A DNA stretch of 64,000 nucleotides, taken from positions 43,462,001-43,526,000 of the forward strand of contig NC_043013.1 of the NCBI RefSeq assembly GCF_006345805.1, written 5' to 3'. The position numbers were made by a program, and so were the translations under genes. This stretch comes from Octopus sinensis (taxonomy: Eukaryota). This document shows positions 63,755 through 64,000 of the stretch, piece after piece (positions within the stretch are counted from its first letter, which is position 1; every line of letters starts with the position of its first letter). Below the pieces are notes generated by a model. It was not told the DNA's origin. It worked only from the letters and a program-made list of their open reading frames with translations, and did no database searches.

Positions 63755-63998
63755 ATATATATATATGTATGTATGTGTGTGTATATGCTTGTGTGTCTGT
63801 GTTTGTCCCCCCAACATCGCTTGACAACCGATGCTGGTGTGTTTACGTCCCCGTAACTTAGCAGTTCGGCAAAAGAGACTGATAGAATAAGTACTAGGCT
63901 TCCAAAGAATAAGTCCTGGGGTCAATTTGTTTGACTAAAGGCGGTGCTCCAGCATGGCCGTAGTCAAATGACTGAAACACGTAAAAGAGTAAAAGAGA
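63529..63998 (+). mobile_element. SINE, GGAGTGGCTGTGTGG family
   Basis: Full-length copy with expanded internal (TA)n. Confidence 0.88.
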
Positions 63999-64000
63999 GT

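Overview
AT-rich, repeat-saturated animal genomic DNA. The SINE, LINE and microsatellite content looks like a coleoid cephalopod, most likely Octopus; this is inferred from repeat style, not proven. Two convergent multi-exon genes can be reconstructed by hand with GT-AG boundaries and consistent phases. (1) On the + strand, the 3' half of an SLC7A9/b(0,+)AT-like amino-acid transporter has 6 coding exons, 1613-21801; two expected exons are absent and probably lie in the N gap at 6946-7045. (2) On the - strand, the 3' part of CEP70 has 9 coding exons, 63463-38601. The rest is introns and spacer filled with R4/Dong, RTE, RTE-X, CRE and Penelope-like retroelement fragments, Tc1/mariner remnants, several MITE families, a Helitron-like insert, tRNA-derived SINEs and microsatellites. 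Nearly all ORFs in the supplied track are artefacts of these repeats. The most interesting unexplained signal is a set of hammerhead-ribozyme-like motifs. One is a near-complete type I hammerhead with a self-complementary stem III and a long stem II (42566-42657). A second has a perfect core (299-385), one is a decayed minimal form (664-701), one has intact stems but a scrambled core (15606-15684), and one is a possible permuted form (14029-14092). Most lie beside (TA)n tracts, and the normally ordered copies with recognisable cores are antisense to the host gene. Other highlights are a 674-bp fold-back element with an 8-bp TSD and a TTAGGG-rich spacer, a duplicated splice acceptor, a (TAA)n-targeted retroelement train, and a DD36E Tc1-like element. 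All structure calls were made by eye; none was computed or searched.
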